A DNA stretch of 64,000 nt from Geopsychrobacteraceae bacterium (GTDB lineage Bacteria; Desulfobacterota; Desulfuromonadia; Desulfuromonadales; Geopsychrobacteraceae). The first letter of the stretch is position 1. Each line of letters opens with the position of its first letter. The notes beneath the pieces were generated by a model. The model was not told the DNA's origin. It worked only from the letters and a program-made list of their open reading frames with translations, and made no database searches. The stretch lies in the NCBI GenBank assembly GCA_963676795.2, contig CAXXTB010000001.1, positions 800,001-864,000 of the forward strand, given 5' to 3'. Shown in pieces: positions 1 to 8,468 of this stretch. The translations under genes and the position numbers were made by a program.

Positions 1-91
1 TGTTTCTGGCGAAGAATAGCAGTATCAGAAGGGTTTTTTCAGTGGCATTGAACTTGTCGTCTTCTGTTTGAAATGTCTGGCTGTTCATCAT
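1..91 (-). CDS. Partial (runs off window) probable IclR-family transcriptional regulator N-terminus
   Basis: Minus strand ATG at 91 preceded by GGAAGAG; reads MMNSQTFQTEDDKFNATEKTLLILLFFARN, resembling the IclR 'SVERALxIL' start; only 30 codons visible. Confidence 0.4.
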   Translation of the reverse strand, partial: MMNSQTFQTEDDKFNATEKTLLILLFFARN

Positions 92-122
92 AACTCTTCC
101 GATAACGTGGCTTTGTCCTGGG

Positions 123-929
123 TCAGTTCTTGGCCTTCAGTTCCTTGTCAAGCACCCCCTCCAGGAAGATTTTTGTCGAAATATCGACAATCTCGTCATC
201 GGTGAAATTTCGTTCAACCCCGACAACCAGCTTGTACTGAATAACAAAAGCAAAAAGGGATGCCACATAGGTTTTGGCCGCCAGGTGCATATTGAAATCT
301 TTCAGCTGCGCCTGGTGCTTTTCCAGGCTGTCCGCAATATATTGCGCGACATAGCCGATCCCTTCCCGGTGGTAGATGTCACCGATCTCCGGGTTTTTAT
401 TTGAATCCCTGATGATGGTTCTGACAAAAGCGATACGTTTCGGATCGTTGAACATCTTGACGTAGGCCAGGCCGATTTTCTTGATTGTCGCCTCAAGGTC
501 AAGCCCGCTCGATTCCCTGTCCAGCTTTTTGATGTCGAAGTGAAAGGGAGTTTCCTTCATCGCCGCCGAGAACAGTTCGTTCTTGTTTTCAAAGTACTGG
601 TAGAGGGCCGCCTTGGAGTAGCCGGCTTTCTGGGCGATAAGTTCCATCGATGTGCCGTCGTAGCCGTTTTCCCCGAAAAGAATCAGCGCAATCTGGATGA
701 TCTCCGAGCGCTTTTGATCATATTGCAGATTGATGTTCCTCGCCTCGGGGATGTTCAGGTCTTCAAAAAGGGCTTTTTTGCCAGCATAGTATTTGTAGAT
801 GGTGGCCGGTGAAACATTGGCAACCTCAGCGATATCCGCAATTTTTGCACCAGCATACCCCTTTTCCAGGAAGATTGCTTTGGCAGCTTCGCATATCCTG
901 TCTTTATTAGCAGTACGATCTGTCTCCAT
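123..929 (-). CDS. TetR/AcrR-family regulator with two tandem TetR HTH domains
   Basis: HTH1 RICEAAKAIFLEKGY...IAEVANVSPATIYKYY, HTH2 EIIQIALILFGENGYDGTSMELIAQKAGYSKAALYQYF, then a helical C-terminal domain. Confidence 0.9.
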   Translation of the reverse strand: METDRTANKDRICEAAKAIFLEKGYAGAKIADIAEVANVSPATIYKYYAGKKALFEDLNIPEARNINLQYDQKRSEIIQIALILFGENGYDGTSMELIAQKAGYSKAALYQYFENKNELFSAAMKETPFHFDIKKLDRESSGLDLEATIKKIGLAYVKMFNDPKRIAFVRTIIRDSNKNPEIGDIYHREGIGYVAQYIADSLEKHQAQLKDFNMHLAAKTYVASLFAFVIQYKLVVGVERNFTDDEIVDISTKIFLEGVLDKELKAKN

Positions 930-968
930 AACTAATCCATTTGCAAAAAAAAATGATTCTGAAACATG

Positions 969-982
969 ACTGAACAGTCAGT
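969..982. promoter_or_regulatory. Putative TetR operator ACTGA-N4-TCAGT
   Basis: Palindrome about 40 bp upstream of the TetR start; same consensus at 5284, 5426 and 5696. Confidence 0.6.
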
Positions 983-1112
983 ACTGCTATTTACATAGCG
1001 CAGCAAGTCATCCAGACAGCATATACGTTTCAGCCGGATTTTCCAAAACAGATTCTTTTTGTCCTTTTGACCTTTCTGTTCCTGACAGTAGTGTGCAGGA
1101 GCCTGGCAGTTT

Positions 1113-1161
1113 AAAAAGTCCCGGAACCCACCCATAAGAGGTGGGGAGGAAGGGTTCCGGG
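1113..1161 (-). terminator. Rho-independent terminator after the amidohydrolase
   Basis: Minus strand CCCGGAACCC...GGGTTCCGGG stem followed by ACTTTTT. Confidence 0.6.
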
Positions 1162-1250
1162 GAGGGCAGTAGGTGCAGGTCTGGCGGCAACAGGTTTGCA
1201 CCTGTTGTCATATTTAAGATTTCTGCCAGTCGTCTTGGTGGACAGCTGGA

Positions 1251-2249
1251 TTAAACCGGCAGACCAAGTTTGGTGACGGCGTTTTCGTAATAGAGTTTTT
1301 CTCTCTCTTTGACAGTAAGCGAAACATCTTCCGAAAGAAATTTCATCATATCCTCGAGGTTTTCGTATGGATAATCACTGCCGAACATAATGTTATCAAT
1401 GCCCAGAACGTTTTTGGCGCAGTTGAAGGCTTCCTTGCACATGTTGCCACTGGTGGTCACCATGATATTGTGCTGGAAGTAGTATTCGATCGATTTCTTG
1501 CACTTGATGTTCGGATTGGGAATAAACTTCAGGCGGTTGTTCATGCGCTCCAGCATGAACGGAATCCCCTCGCCGAGGTGGCCGAGAACAACCTTGAGCT
1601 TCGGCAGCTCGTCAAACAGGCCGGAAACGATCATGCGGGTGATCGTAGTCACCGTGTCCATGGTAAACCCGAGTCCCGGTCCCGCCATGGTGAAACCAAA
1701 GCCTTCCATCCGTTCGTTGTTCGGCAGCTGGGGGTGCAGATAGACATAGACACCGAGCTCAACGGCCTTTTCGAAGATTGGCTTGTATTTCGCGTCGTCC
1801 GGGGACGTTTCGCCATAGTTGGAATGGGTATGCCAGGAGACGAATCCGTGCTCCTTGACACAGCGCTCCAGTTCCTGGCAGGCCGCGTCAACATTCTTGA
1901 CCGGCAGGACAGCGCTGCCGAGAAAGTGCAGAGGAAATTTTTTGGTGACTGCGGCCAGAGCATCATTGGTTTTTCGACAGACCTCGATGCTCGATTCAAT
2001 ATCCAGCTGCTCCAGGCCCGGGGAACTGCTCAACACGGCCATGTCAACCCCCTGGGTTTTCATCAGCGCAATGCGGCTTTCTGCAACGTCGAGCAGTTTT
2101 TCCAGCAGGTGTCCCTGTTTCATCGAGATGCTGTCCGACCAGATGATCATGTCGGAGGTTTTGTCGTAGTAGGGCGGTTCGGTTCTTTTGGAATACATTT
2201 CAATCAGGCTGCTGTCGTAAAAATGGTTCTCTAAATCTATGACTTTCAT
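1251..2249 (-). CDS. Amidohydrolase_2 family protein, LigW/gamma-resorcylate decarboxylase/ACMSD-like
   Basis: N-terminal DLENHF (ExH metal motif), YLHP, GHLGE, VTTSGN, FGSDYPYE. Confidence 0.85.
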   Translation of the reverse strand: MKVIDLENHFYDSSLIEMYSKRTEPPYYDKTSDMIIWSDSISMKQGHLLEKLLDVAESRIALMKTQGVDMAVLSSSPGLEQLDIESSIEVCRKTNDALAAVTKKFPLHFLGSAVLPVKNVDAACQELERCVKEHGFVSWHTHSNYGETSPDDAKYKPIFEKAVELGVYVYLHPQLPNNERMEGFGFTMAGPGLGFTMDTVTTITRMIVSGLFDELPKLKVVLGHLGEGIPFMLERMNNRLKFIPNPNIKCKKSIEYYFQHNIMVTTSGNMCKEAFNCAKNVLGIDNIMFGSDYPYENLEDMMKFLSEDVSLTVKEREKLYYENAVTKLGLPV

Positions 2250-2282
2250 ATATGACCTCTTATCGTTATGCGTTGTTGTCCG

Positions 2283-3557
2283 TTACAGAAGCAGTTTTGG
2301 TAAAAACAGCGAGATGCTGGGGATATAGGTAATCAGCAGCAGCGCAAATATGTAGAGCAGGATAAATGGAACAACTGCCCTTGAGATTTCACCCATCCCC
2401 GCCTTGAGAACGCTCTGGGCAACGAAGATGTTGAGACCGAACGGCGGAGTGAACATGCCGATCGACAGGTTGATGGTAAAGATGATGCCGAGGTGCATCG
2501 GATCGATACCCAGAGCCAGGGCTGGCGGCAGCAGCATCGGGGCCAGAATCAGGATGGCCGCACCGCTATCGAAGAAGCAACCGACGATCAGCAGCAACAG
2601 ATTGAGGATCAGCAGGAACTGGAAGGTCGAGAGTCCACTGAATGCTTCGGTAAGAAAAGCCGGGAACTGGGCAATGGTAGCCGCCTGGGCGAAGACGGTA
2701 CTGACGCCGATCAGCAGGAAAATCTGGGCCGTGATGACAGCAGAATCCTTGAAGATGTCAACCAGTTGCTTGGCTTTCACCTCTTTGAGAATGAACACGG
2801 AAGCGATGAAAGCATAGAGTGCAGCGATGGCGCCGGATTCAGTTGGGGTTGCCAGACCGGTGTAGATTCCACCCAGGACGATGACCGGAAGGAAAATGAC
2901 AATGATTGCTTTTTTCAACGCTTGGCTAATGTCTTTAAAGGTTGTCTTCTCGCCGGCAAAAGAGCCTTTTTTGCAGACGACGACCAGGTAGATGCCGATG
3001 ATGACAACCAGCAGCAGGCCCGGGAAAAATCCGCACATGAACAGCTCGGTAATCGACTGTTCTGTCGCGATCCCGTAGATGATCATGGTGATACTTGGCG
3101 GCACAACGGTGCTCAGGGCGCCGGAAGAGGTGATCAGGCCGAGCGAAAGTTTTCTTCCGTTGGACTCCGAGAGTGGCTCATGAACAACCTTGCCGAAGGT
3201 TGCTGTCGCAGCCGGTGCCGAACCGGAAATCGCGCCAAAGATGGCATTCGAAACCAGGCAGGAGATCGGGATTCCGCCACGGACGTTTTTCAGGGCAACA
3301 ATAAATATGTTGATCAACCTGATGCCAAGCGAGCTGTGAGCGATGATCGTGCCCGCAACAACAAAGAACGGAACGGCCAGCAGGCTGTTTTTCGTCAAAG
3401 ATTCAAACAGGCCGGTAAAGACGATGTTCAAAGACATCTCGTTGATAAAGACCTGCAGGTAAACGGTTGCACCAAGCAGTGCGACCCAGATCGGTGCGTT
3501 GATCAGGACCAGGAACAGCAGGATCGCGACCATGGGCAGGACAGTACTAATCAGCAT
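2283..3557 (-). CDS. dctM: TRAP transporter large permease (DctM)
   Basis: Hydrophobic 424 aa; LLAVPFF, GAISGS, VVPPSI, TPTES, TPPFGLN. Confidence 0.92.
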   Translation of the reverse strand: MLISTVLPMVAILLFLVLINAPIWVALLGATVYLQVFINEMSLNIVFTGLFESLTKNSLLAVPFFVVAGTIIAHSSLGIRLINIFIVALKNVRGGIPISCLVSNAIFGAISGSAPAATATFGKVVHEPLSESNGRKLSLGLITSSGALSTVVPPSITMIIYGIATEQSITELFMCGFFPGLLLVVIIGIYLVVVCKKGSFAGEKTTFKDISQALKKAIIVIFLPVIVLGGIYTGLATPTESGAIAALYAFIASVFILKEVKAKQLVDIFKDSAVITAQIFLLIGVSTVFAQAATIAQFPAFLTEAFSGLSTFQFLLILNLLLLIVGCFFDSGAAILILAPMLLPPALALGIDPMHLGIIFTINLSIGMFTPPFGLNIFVAQSVLKAGMGEISRAVVPFILLYIFALLLITYIPSISLFLPKLLL

Positions 3558-4077
3558 TTTTAAACTCTCCTTTTTTACAGATAACGATGACCCAGCTGAG
3601 GATTGCGATCACAAAGAATAGCGTGACGGTTCCATAGAGCAGAAAGCGCGGCATCTGTAAGACAAAGGTCACGGTCTCGCGCATGTGGGCTTTCTGGGTA
3701 ATGTCGATCCCCAGTTTGACCAGCATCCCGAGAAAGCCGAGAGTTATCAGGCCCCGGAAGATGGCGATCCCCTTTAAAACCGTGGGGTTGTGGACGAAAC
3801 TGTTGAGTACGCCGATGCTCAACTGGCGATTGGTGTACTCGAGGTTCGGCAGAGCGATAAAAACCAGCATGACGACAAAGTAGGAACTGAGCTCTTCCGA
3901 CCAGGGGAACCCGGCCCCTATGGAAAATCTGAGAATAGCGTTGACAGCGGCCAGGAAGGTGCTTAAGAAAATGAAGATGGCCGCCAGGTACAGGGAATAT
4001 TTGTTTATTTTATCTATAGCTGTTTCGAATACTTTAAATATTGCTTTCATAGGGTTTGTCCTTTTAACCTCTCCCAT
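3547..4077 (-). CDS. dctQ: TRAP transporter small permease (DctQ)
   Basis: 4-TM protein with LRF...PWSEELS motif; overlaps the dctM start. Confidence 0.88.
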   Translation of the reverse strand: MGEVKRTNPMKAIFKVFETAIDKINKYSLYLAAIFIFLSTFLAAVNAILRFSIGAGFPWSEELSSYFVVMLVFIALPNLEYTNRQLSIGVLNSFVHNPTVLKGIAIFRGLITLGFLGMLVKLGIDITQKAHMRETVTFVLQMPRFLLYGTVTLFFVIAILSWVIVICKKGEFKNAD

Positions 4078-4178
4078 TGACCTGTTGGGATATCAATGGT
4101 GCCAAGAAATGCGCAATATCAACTAGTTGTGCTAACGGTCAGGGAGTCATCCGTAACTTCAATTAAGTGAGCGGATGA

Positions 4179-4213
4179 GGCAGGCTCTTCGAAAGACTCC
4201 TCAAGAGCCTGCC
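4179..4213 (-). terminator. Stem-loop between dctP and dctQ (attenuator or mRNA stabiliser)
   Basis: GGCAGGCTCTT...AAGAGCCTGCC inverted repeat; a second TCATCCG...CGGATGA hairpin is adjacent. Confidence 0.5.
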
Positions 4214-4244
4214 CTGGTACCGTAATGGGCTTCGTGTAACCTGC

Positions 4245-5249
4245 TTACTTGCCCACCATCTTTACGACTTCGTCATAGATCTTCTTGTTGTCCTTGCTTG
4301 CACTTCTGAACTGCTCGTGGAGAGGGCCAGCAGCTTTTTTCATGTCGGCGAGCAGTTCCGGGCTTGGTTCGACGACCTCAAGCCCTTCGGATTTCATCAA
4401 GCCGAGCAGCTTGCCGTTGAGATTCTCAACGTACTGGTACTCGAAATCGCGAATGACGTCCTGGACGGTGGAGGTCACCAGGTTGGCGATGTCTTTGGGC
4501 AGTTCGTCCATCCAGTCGGCGCTGAAGATGAAGGCGTTGGTCATGGCACTGGCAGGCACCAGGTTGAGGTATTTGGCACTGGTGTGAAGCTTGAAGACAC
4601 CCATGAAGATGGTATCGGTCTCGACGCCGTCAACGGTTCCGTTCTGCAGGGCGACGGCGATATCGCCTGGATCGAGAGTGGTTGGAGAGGCGCCGTAGGC
4701 TTTCAGTTCATCCTGCAGGGTCGGGCTTGGCAGGCACCAGATTTTTTTGCCTTTCAGGTCATCGAGGGTTTTGATCGGTTCGGTGGCCAGGATATAGCGG
4801 TCGACATTTCTCAGCCAGCCGGCGGCGTAGAAGCCTTTTTTGTAGAGGTATTTGTTCAGCGAGAAGTCCTTGTTGTTCAGGACCTCATACAGGTTGTCAG
4901 AATCCTTGAACAAAAATGGCAGGTCAGCAACGGCAGCAGCCGGTGCAAAAGAGGCGAAATAAGAGCTGGGGATAAGAACGGCCTGGATGACGCCATCCTG
5001 GACCCCTTGAATCATCTGTACAGACGTGCCGAGCTGGCTGCTCGGATAGAGTTCGACTTCGATTTTACCATTGGAAGCTGCCTCGATCCTTTTCTCGAAT
5101 TCTTCCATGGTTGCATTTTGCTGATGTTTTCCGGCGGTTGGAGTGCCGATACGGATTTTGTACGTCTTGTCCGCACTGAATGCATCTGTGACAAACAGGC
5201 TTGCCAACATAAGACAGACAGCGCCCAGAACTACCCATTGCTTCCTCAT
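4245..5249 (-). CDS. dctP: TRAP substrate-binding protein (DctP)
   Basis: Signal peptide; SNGKIEVELYPSSQLG, DLPFLF, DLKGKKI, ALQNGTVDG. Confidence 0.92.
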   Translation of the reverse strand: MRKQWVVLGAVCLMLASLFVTDAFSADKTYKIRIGTPTAGKHQQNATMEEFEKRIEAASNGKIEVELYPSSQLGTSVQMIQGVQDGVIQAVLIPSSYFASFAPAAAVADLPFLFKDSDNLYEVLNNKDFSLNKYLYKKGFYAAGWLRNVDRYILATEPIKTLDDLKGKKIWCLPSPTLQDELKAYGASPTTLDPGDIAVALQNGTVDGVETDTIFMGVFKLHTSAKYLNLVPASAMTNAFIFSADWMDELPKDIANLVTSTVQDVIRDFEYQYVENLNGKLLGLMKSEGLEVVEPSPELLADMKKAAGPLHEQFRSASKDNKKIYDEVVKMVGK

Positions 5250-5283
5250 CGTTTCATACCCTTTCTAATGTGAATAAATAATT

Positions 5284-5297
5284 ACCGACTGGTCGGT
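5284..5297. promoter_or_regulatory. Putative TetR operator ACCGA-CTGG-TCGGT upstream of dctP
   Basis: Perfect arms, 35 bp from the dctP start; TTGACT (-35-like, minus strand) at 5333-5338. Confidence 0.65.
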
Positions 5298-5425
5298 GTG
5301 GCGTTATTATCGTTATGATAAATCAATTTTACAGTCAAGAATTTTTTCATTCAAAAGTCTCTGAAAAACCCTTTATTCGTGTTTAAACACTTGCAATCAT
5401 TGAGTAAAAAAAATAATAATAAATA

Positions 5426-5439
5426 ACCGACCGGTCGTT
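5426..5439. promoter_or_regulatory. Putative TetR operator ACCGA-CCGG-TCGTT
   Basis: One-mismatch copy of the same palindrome in an AT-rich divergent intergenic region. Confidence 0.5.
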
Positions 5440-5678
5440 CGCGATTTATAATCGGGTGGGAGGAGTGGATATATATCGTCAACTTGGTTGCGATAATTGT
5501 AATCATTTGACCTACCCAGGCATGTTGATCACATGTCAGGGCGAGCTCCATATTTCGATACAGACGGGGGGGCAGAAAGTCATGGCATGGCGCCTCGTTC
5601 TGTTAGCGGCATGAATAGTGATAAATTCGGCAGAATGGCGGGACAATTAAAAACGGCTGTGTTTCCGGCTCGGATCTG

Positions 5679-5709
5679 TGCTATAATTTTTATCGACTGA
5701 TTGGTCGGT
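5679..5709 (+). promoter_or_regulatory. Extended -10 promoter (TGnTATAAT) followed by operator ACTGA-TTGG-TCGGT
   Basis: TGCTATAAT at 5679-5687; palindrome at 5696-5709 near the expected +1 of the second TetR. Confidence 0.65.
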
Positions 5710-5788
5710 AGATGTTTTGTCTGCAGTTTGTCCAGCCCGAAACCACCGGTTCAGGCCGCGGGCCAAAGCGAAAAGGGTGGCAGGATTT

Positions 5789-6580
5789 ATGGAAAGAGCC
5801 TCTGGAAAAAAGCGGATATGCGAAGCGGCAAAAGTCGTCTTTCTGGAAAAGGGATATGCCGGTGCGAAGATGACCGAAATTGCAGAGGTTGCGAATGTCT
5901 CACCGGCCACCATCTACAAATACTACGAAGGGAAAAAGGCTCTTTTCGAGGATCTGGATATTCCTGAAGCTCTGGATATCAACCCTCATCATGAGCAAAA
6001 GCGTTCGGATATCATTCAGGTTGCCCTGATTCTTTTTGGTGAGCATGGTTTTGACGGCACCTCGATGGAAATGATTGCCCAGCAGGCCGGATACTCCAAG
6101 GCGGCCCTCTATCAGTATTTCAAGAACAAGAACGAACTCTTTTCCGCTGCAATGAAGGAGACCCCCTTTCATTTCGATGTCAAGAAACTGGACAGGGAGT
6201 CGAGCGGGCTCGACCTTGAAGCGACAATCAAAAAGATCGGTCTGGCTTACGTCAAGATGTTTAACCACCCTGAGCGTATCGCATTTGTCAGAAGCTTTAT
6301 CCGTGATTCTCACAAAAATCCGGCGATCAATGATATCTACCATAAGGAAGGGGTCGGTTATGTTGCCAGGTATATCGTCCGTTGCCTGGAGAAGCATCAG
6401 GCTCAATTGAAAAACTACAATATGCAGCTGGCCGCCAAAACCTATGTTTCGTCCCTGTTTGCCTTCGTTCTCCAGTACAAGCTGGTTGTGGGGATCGAAC
6501 GGAAATTTACAGATGAAGAGATCGTTGATATGACGACGAAAATTTTTCTGGAAGGGGTTTTGGATAAAACAGCTGAATGA
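5789..6580 (+). CDS. TetR/AcrR-family regulator with two tandem HTH domains (paralogue of 123-929)
   Basis: Aligns end to end with 123-929 with identical recognition helices; ATG 5789 after CAGGA. Confidence 0.9.
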   Translation: MERASGKKRICEAAKVVFLEKGYAGAKMTEIAEVANVSPATIYKYYEGKKALFEDLDIPEALDINPHHEQKRSDIIQVALILFGEHGFDGTSMEMIAQQAGYSKAALYQYFKNKNELFSAAMKETPFHFDVKKLDRESSGLDLEATIKKIGLAYVKMFNHPERIAFVRSFIRDSHKNPAINDIYHKEGVGYVARYIVRCLEKHQAQLKNYNMQLAAKTYVSSLFAFVLQYKLVVGIERKFTDEEIVDMTTKIFLEGVLDKTAE

Positions 6581-6671
6581 TCCTGAAATGCGTATCTTCT
6601 ATCAGGCGGCAGGATAACCGGACAAACAACGGCCAGATCGATTTGGTCCGGCCGTTGTTTTGACTCGATTG

Positions 6672-7538
6672 TTAATGCTTGCCTTTTGCGCATACGTTAT
6701 TCAGGCAGGACTGCATCAATCCTTTGGCCGGGACGCTTCCGGTCCAGAGCTCAAAGTCTTTTTCTCCCTGGGTCTTGATTAGCTCCAGGCCTCCGATCGC
6801 AGGATGGTGATGGGCCTTGGCTGCCGCGACAAAGAGGGTGTCTGTCGCGCTGCAGGTAACGTCCAGGACGGCTGCCTGCGGATTCAGGTCCCGCCACGGG
6901 AAATTGTCGACGTAATCCGCCGTCAGATCCGCAGAGAGCATGTTGATCAGCAGGTTCGCCTCGCTCAGGGTGGCGCTCATTTCCATGTGATTCAGTGGCA
7001 GTTGTTCGAAATAGGTCTGCGGGAAGATTTTGGAAAAATACACCGTCAGCGTCTGGGCCTGCTCGCTACAATGATCGGCAATGGCGATGTGTCTTGCTCC
7101 TGCCTTGCAGAGGGCGACGATCGCGGCCCGGCAGGTACTGTTTGCGCCAAGCAGGATGATGGATTTATCCTGGGGATCAAAACCGAGGTCCTGTTTGATG
7201 GTTGCGCCGATACCATGAACATCGGTGTTGTAACCGCACAACTTGCCGTCTCGATTGACAATGGTGTTGACTGCGCCAACCAGGCGGGCGGTTTCCTCCA
7301 GTTCATCCAGATGAGGAACAACCTTTTCCTTGAAGGGTATGGCGCAGTTGGCTCCCAGAAAATCGAGTACCCGCATGACGGCAAGCGCTTCGCCAACTTT
7401 TTCAACAGGGGTATGATCCGTTGCGTAAACGGCGTTGATGCCGCTTTCTTTCAAAGCGGCATTCTGCATCAGTGCTGCGAGGGGATGAGCGCTCGGTTCG
7501 CCCATGGCTTGCAAAACTCTTGTTCCTGATTTAATCAC
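6672..7538 (-). CDS. Shikimate dehydrogenase (AroE)-like protein with degenerate motifs
   Basis: GANCAIPFKE, GAVNT, GYNTD, FELWTG; substrate and NADP motifs are altered. Confidence 0.8.
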   Translation of the reverse strand: MIKSGTRVLQAMGEPSAHPLAALMQNAALKESGINAVYATDHTPVEKVGEALAVMRVLDFLGANCAIPFKEKVVPHLDELEETARLVGAVNTIVNRDGKLCGYNTDVHGIGATIKQDLGFDPQDKSIILLGANSTCRAAIVALCKAGARHIAIADHCSEQAQTLTVYFSKIFPQTYFEQLPLNHMEMSATLSEANLLINMLSADLTADYVDNFPWRDLNPQAAVLDVTCSATDTLFVAAAKAHHHPAIGGLELIKTQGEKDFELWTGSVPAKGLMQSCLNNVCAKGKH

Positions 7539-8468
7539 GAAAATCTCCCTTCATTATTTTATTAGAAGCTGCTGAATCGTTTGAAACAGTGCACCTGAAA
7601 ATGGCGGATTCAGGTCAGCCTATTGTTCAGATGCAATAGTGCTTCAGACTACAGGCCGATAAACAGGCCTCGATTGGTAAGCGCTTTCAGTTCCCCAACG
7701 ACATCAGTCTGAAACCTGTTCAGCAGGTCCCTGTTGCCAAGCAAGCCGGAGCAGAACTCCGAGCTGGCGGCAGAAGTTGAACTCTCACATTGATTCCCTT
7801 TATTCATTCTTTTTTGTGGCATTTTTAACCTTTTCCCTATGTGGAACAATTTGCTGAAAAACGGCAGAATTTCCACCCTTCATCTATCAATTCAGGTGGA
7901 GTCTCCTTGGACCTGACGTCAGAGATTCATATTATAACGACTGACCATTCCTAGTCAGTTGGGCTGAAGAAACCAATCTTTAGCTGGCTTTCTCATGAAG
8001 GACAGGTCGATAGCTCAGCGATTTCTTAACCAGCTGATAAATGACAAGAAATTCAAACGCAAAGGCCGACAAAATCAGGAAAGGAGGAGTGTGCGGAAAT
8101 TTTCTGTACCCTGTGCTTTTTCATGTCGTAAAATCACGTTTCATGTGATTAAATATCTAACTACCATTCATTCACTATTTTTTCAACGGAAAATCGCGGT
8201 TATCACAAATATCTCAGGCGTGGATGGGGCCATGGACGAATAAGAGCGCAATGAACGGCCTGCTGAGCGATATTGATTCGGGCCGAAGTCTCGATATGGC
8301 ATCGGCCCTGTGCGCAAAAGTCAGGTTGATTTGACAACTGCAGGGGGATGCCGAGTTTTTGATGATATTATGAAGTTATTAGTAACGGGAGGTCTGGGCG
8401 GATCTGGGGAGAGACAGCCCAGGCTTGAATTGCATTTATTATGTATGGGGAGCTTAATGAGGAGTTCA

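Noticed and set aside
123..6580. Composite transposon or invertible cassette bounded by the inverted TetR copies
   Set aside because: No transposase or recombinase, no terminal repeats, and the copies have diverged
7649..8243. Small ORFs in the aroE-like/MFS intergenic region
   Set aside because: No recognisable motifs or convincing coding signal
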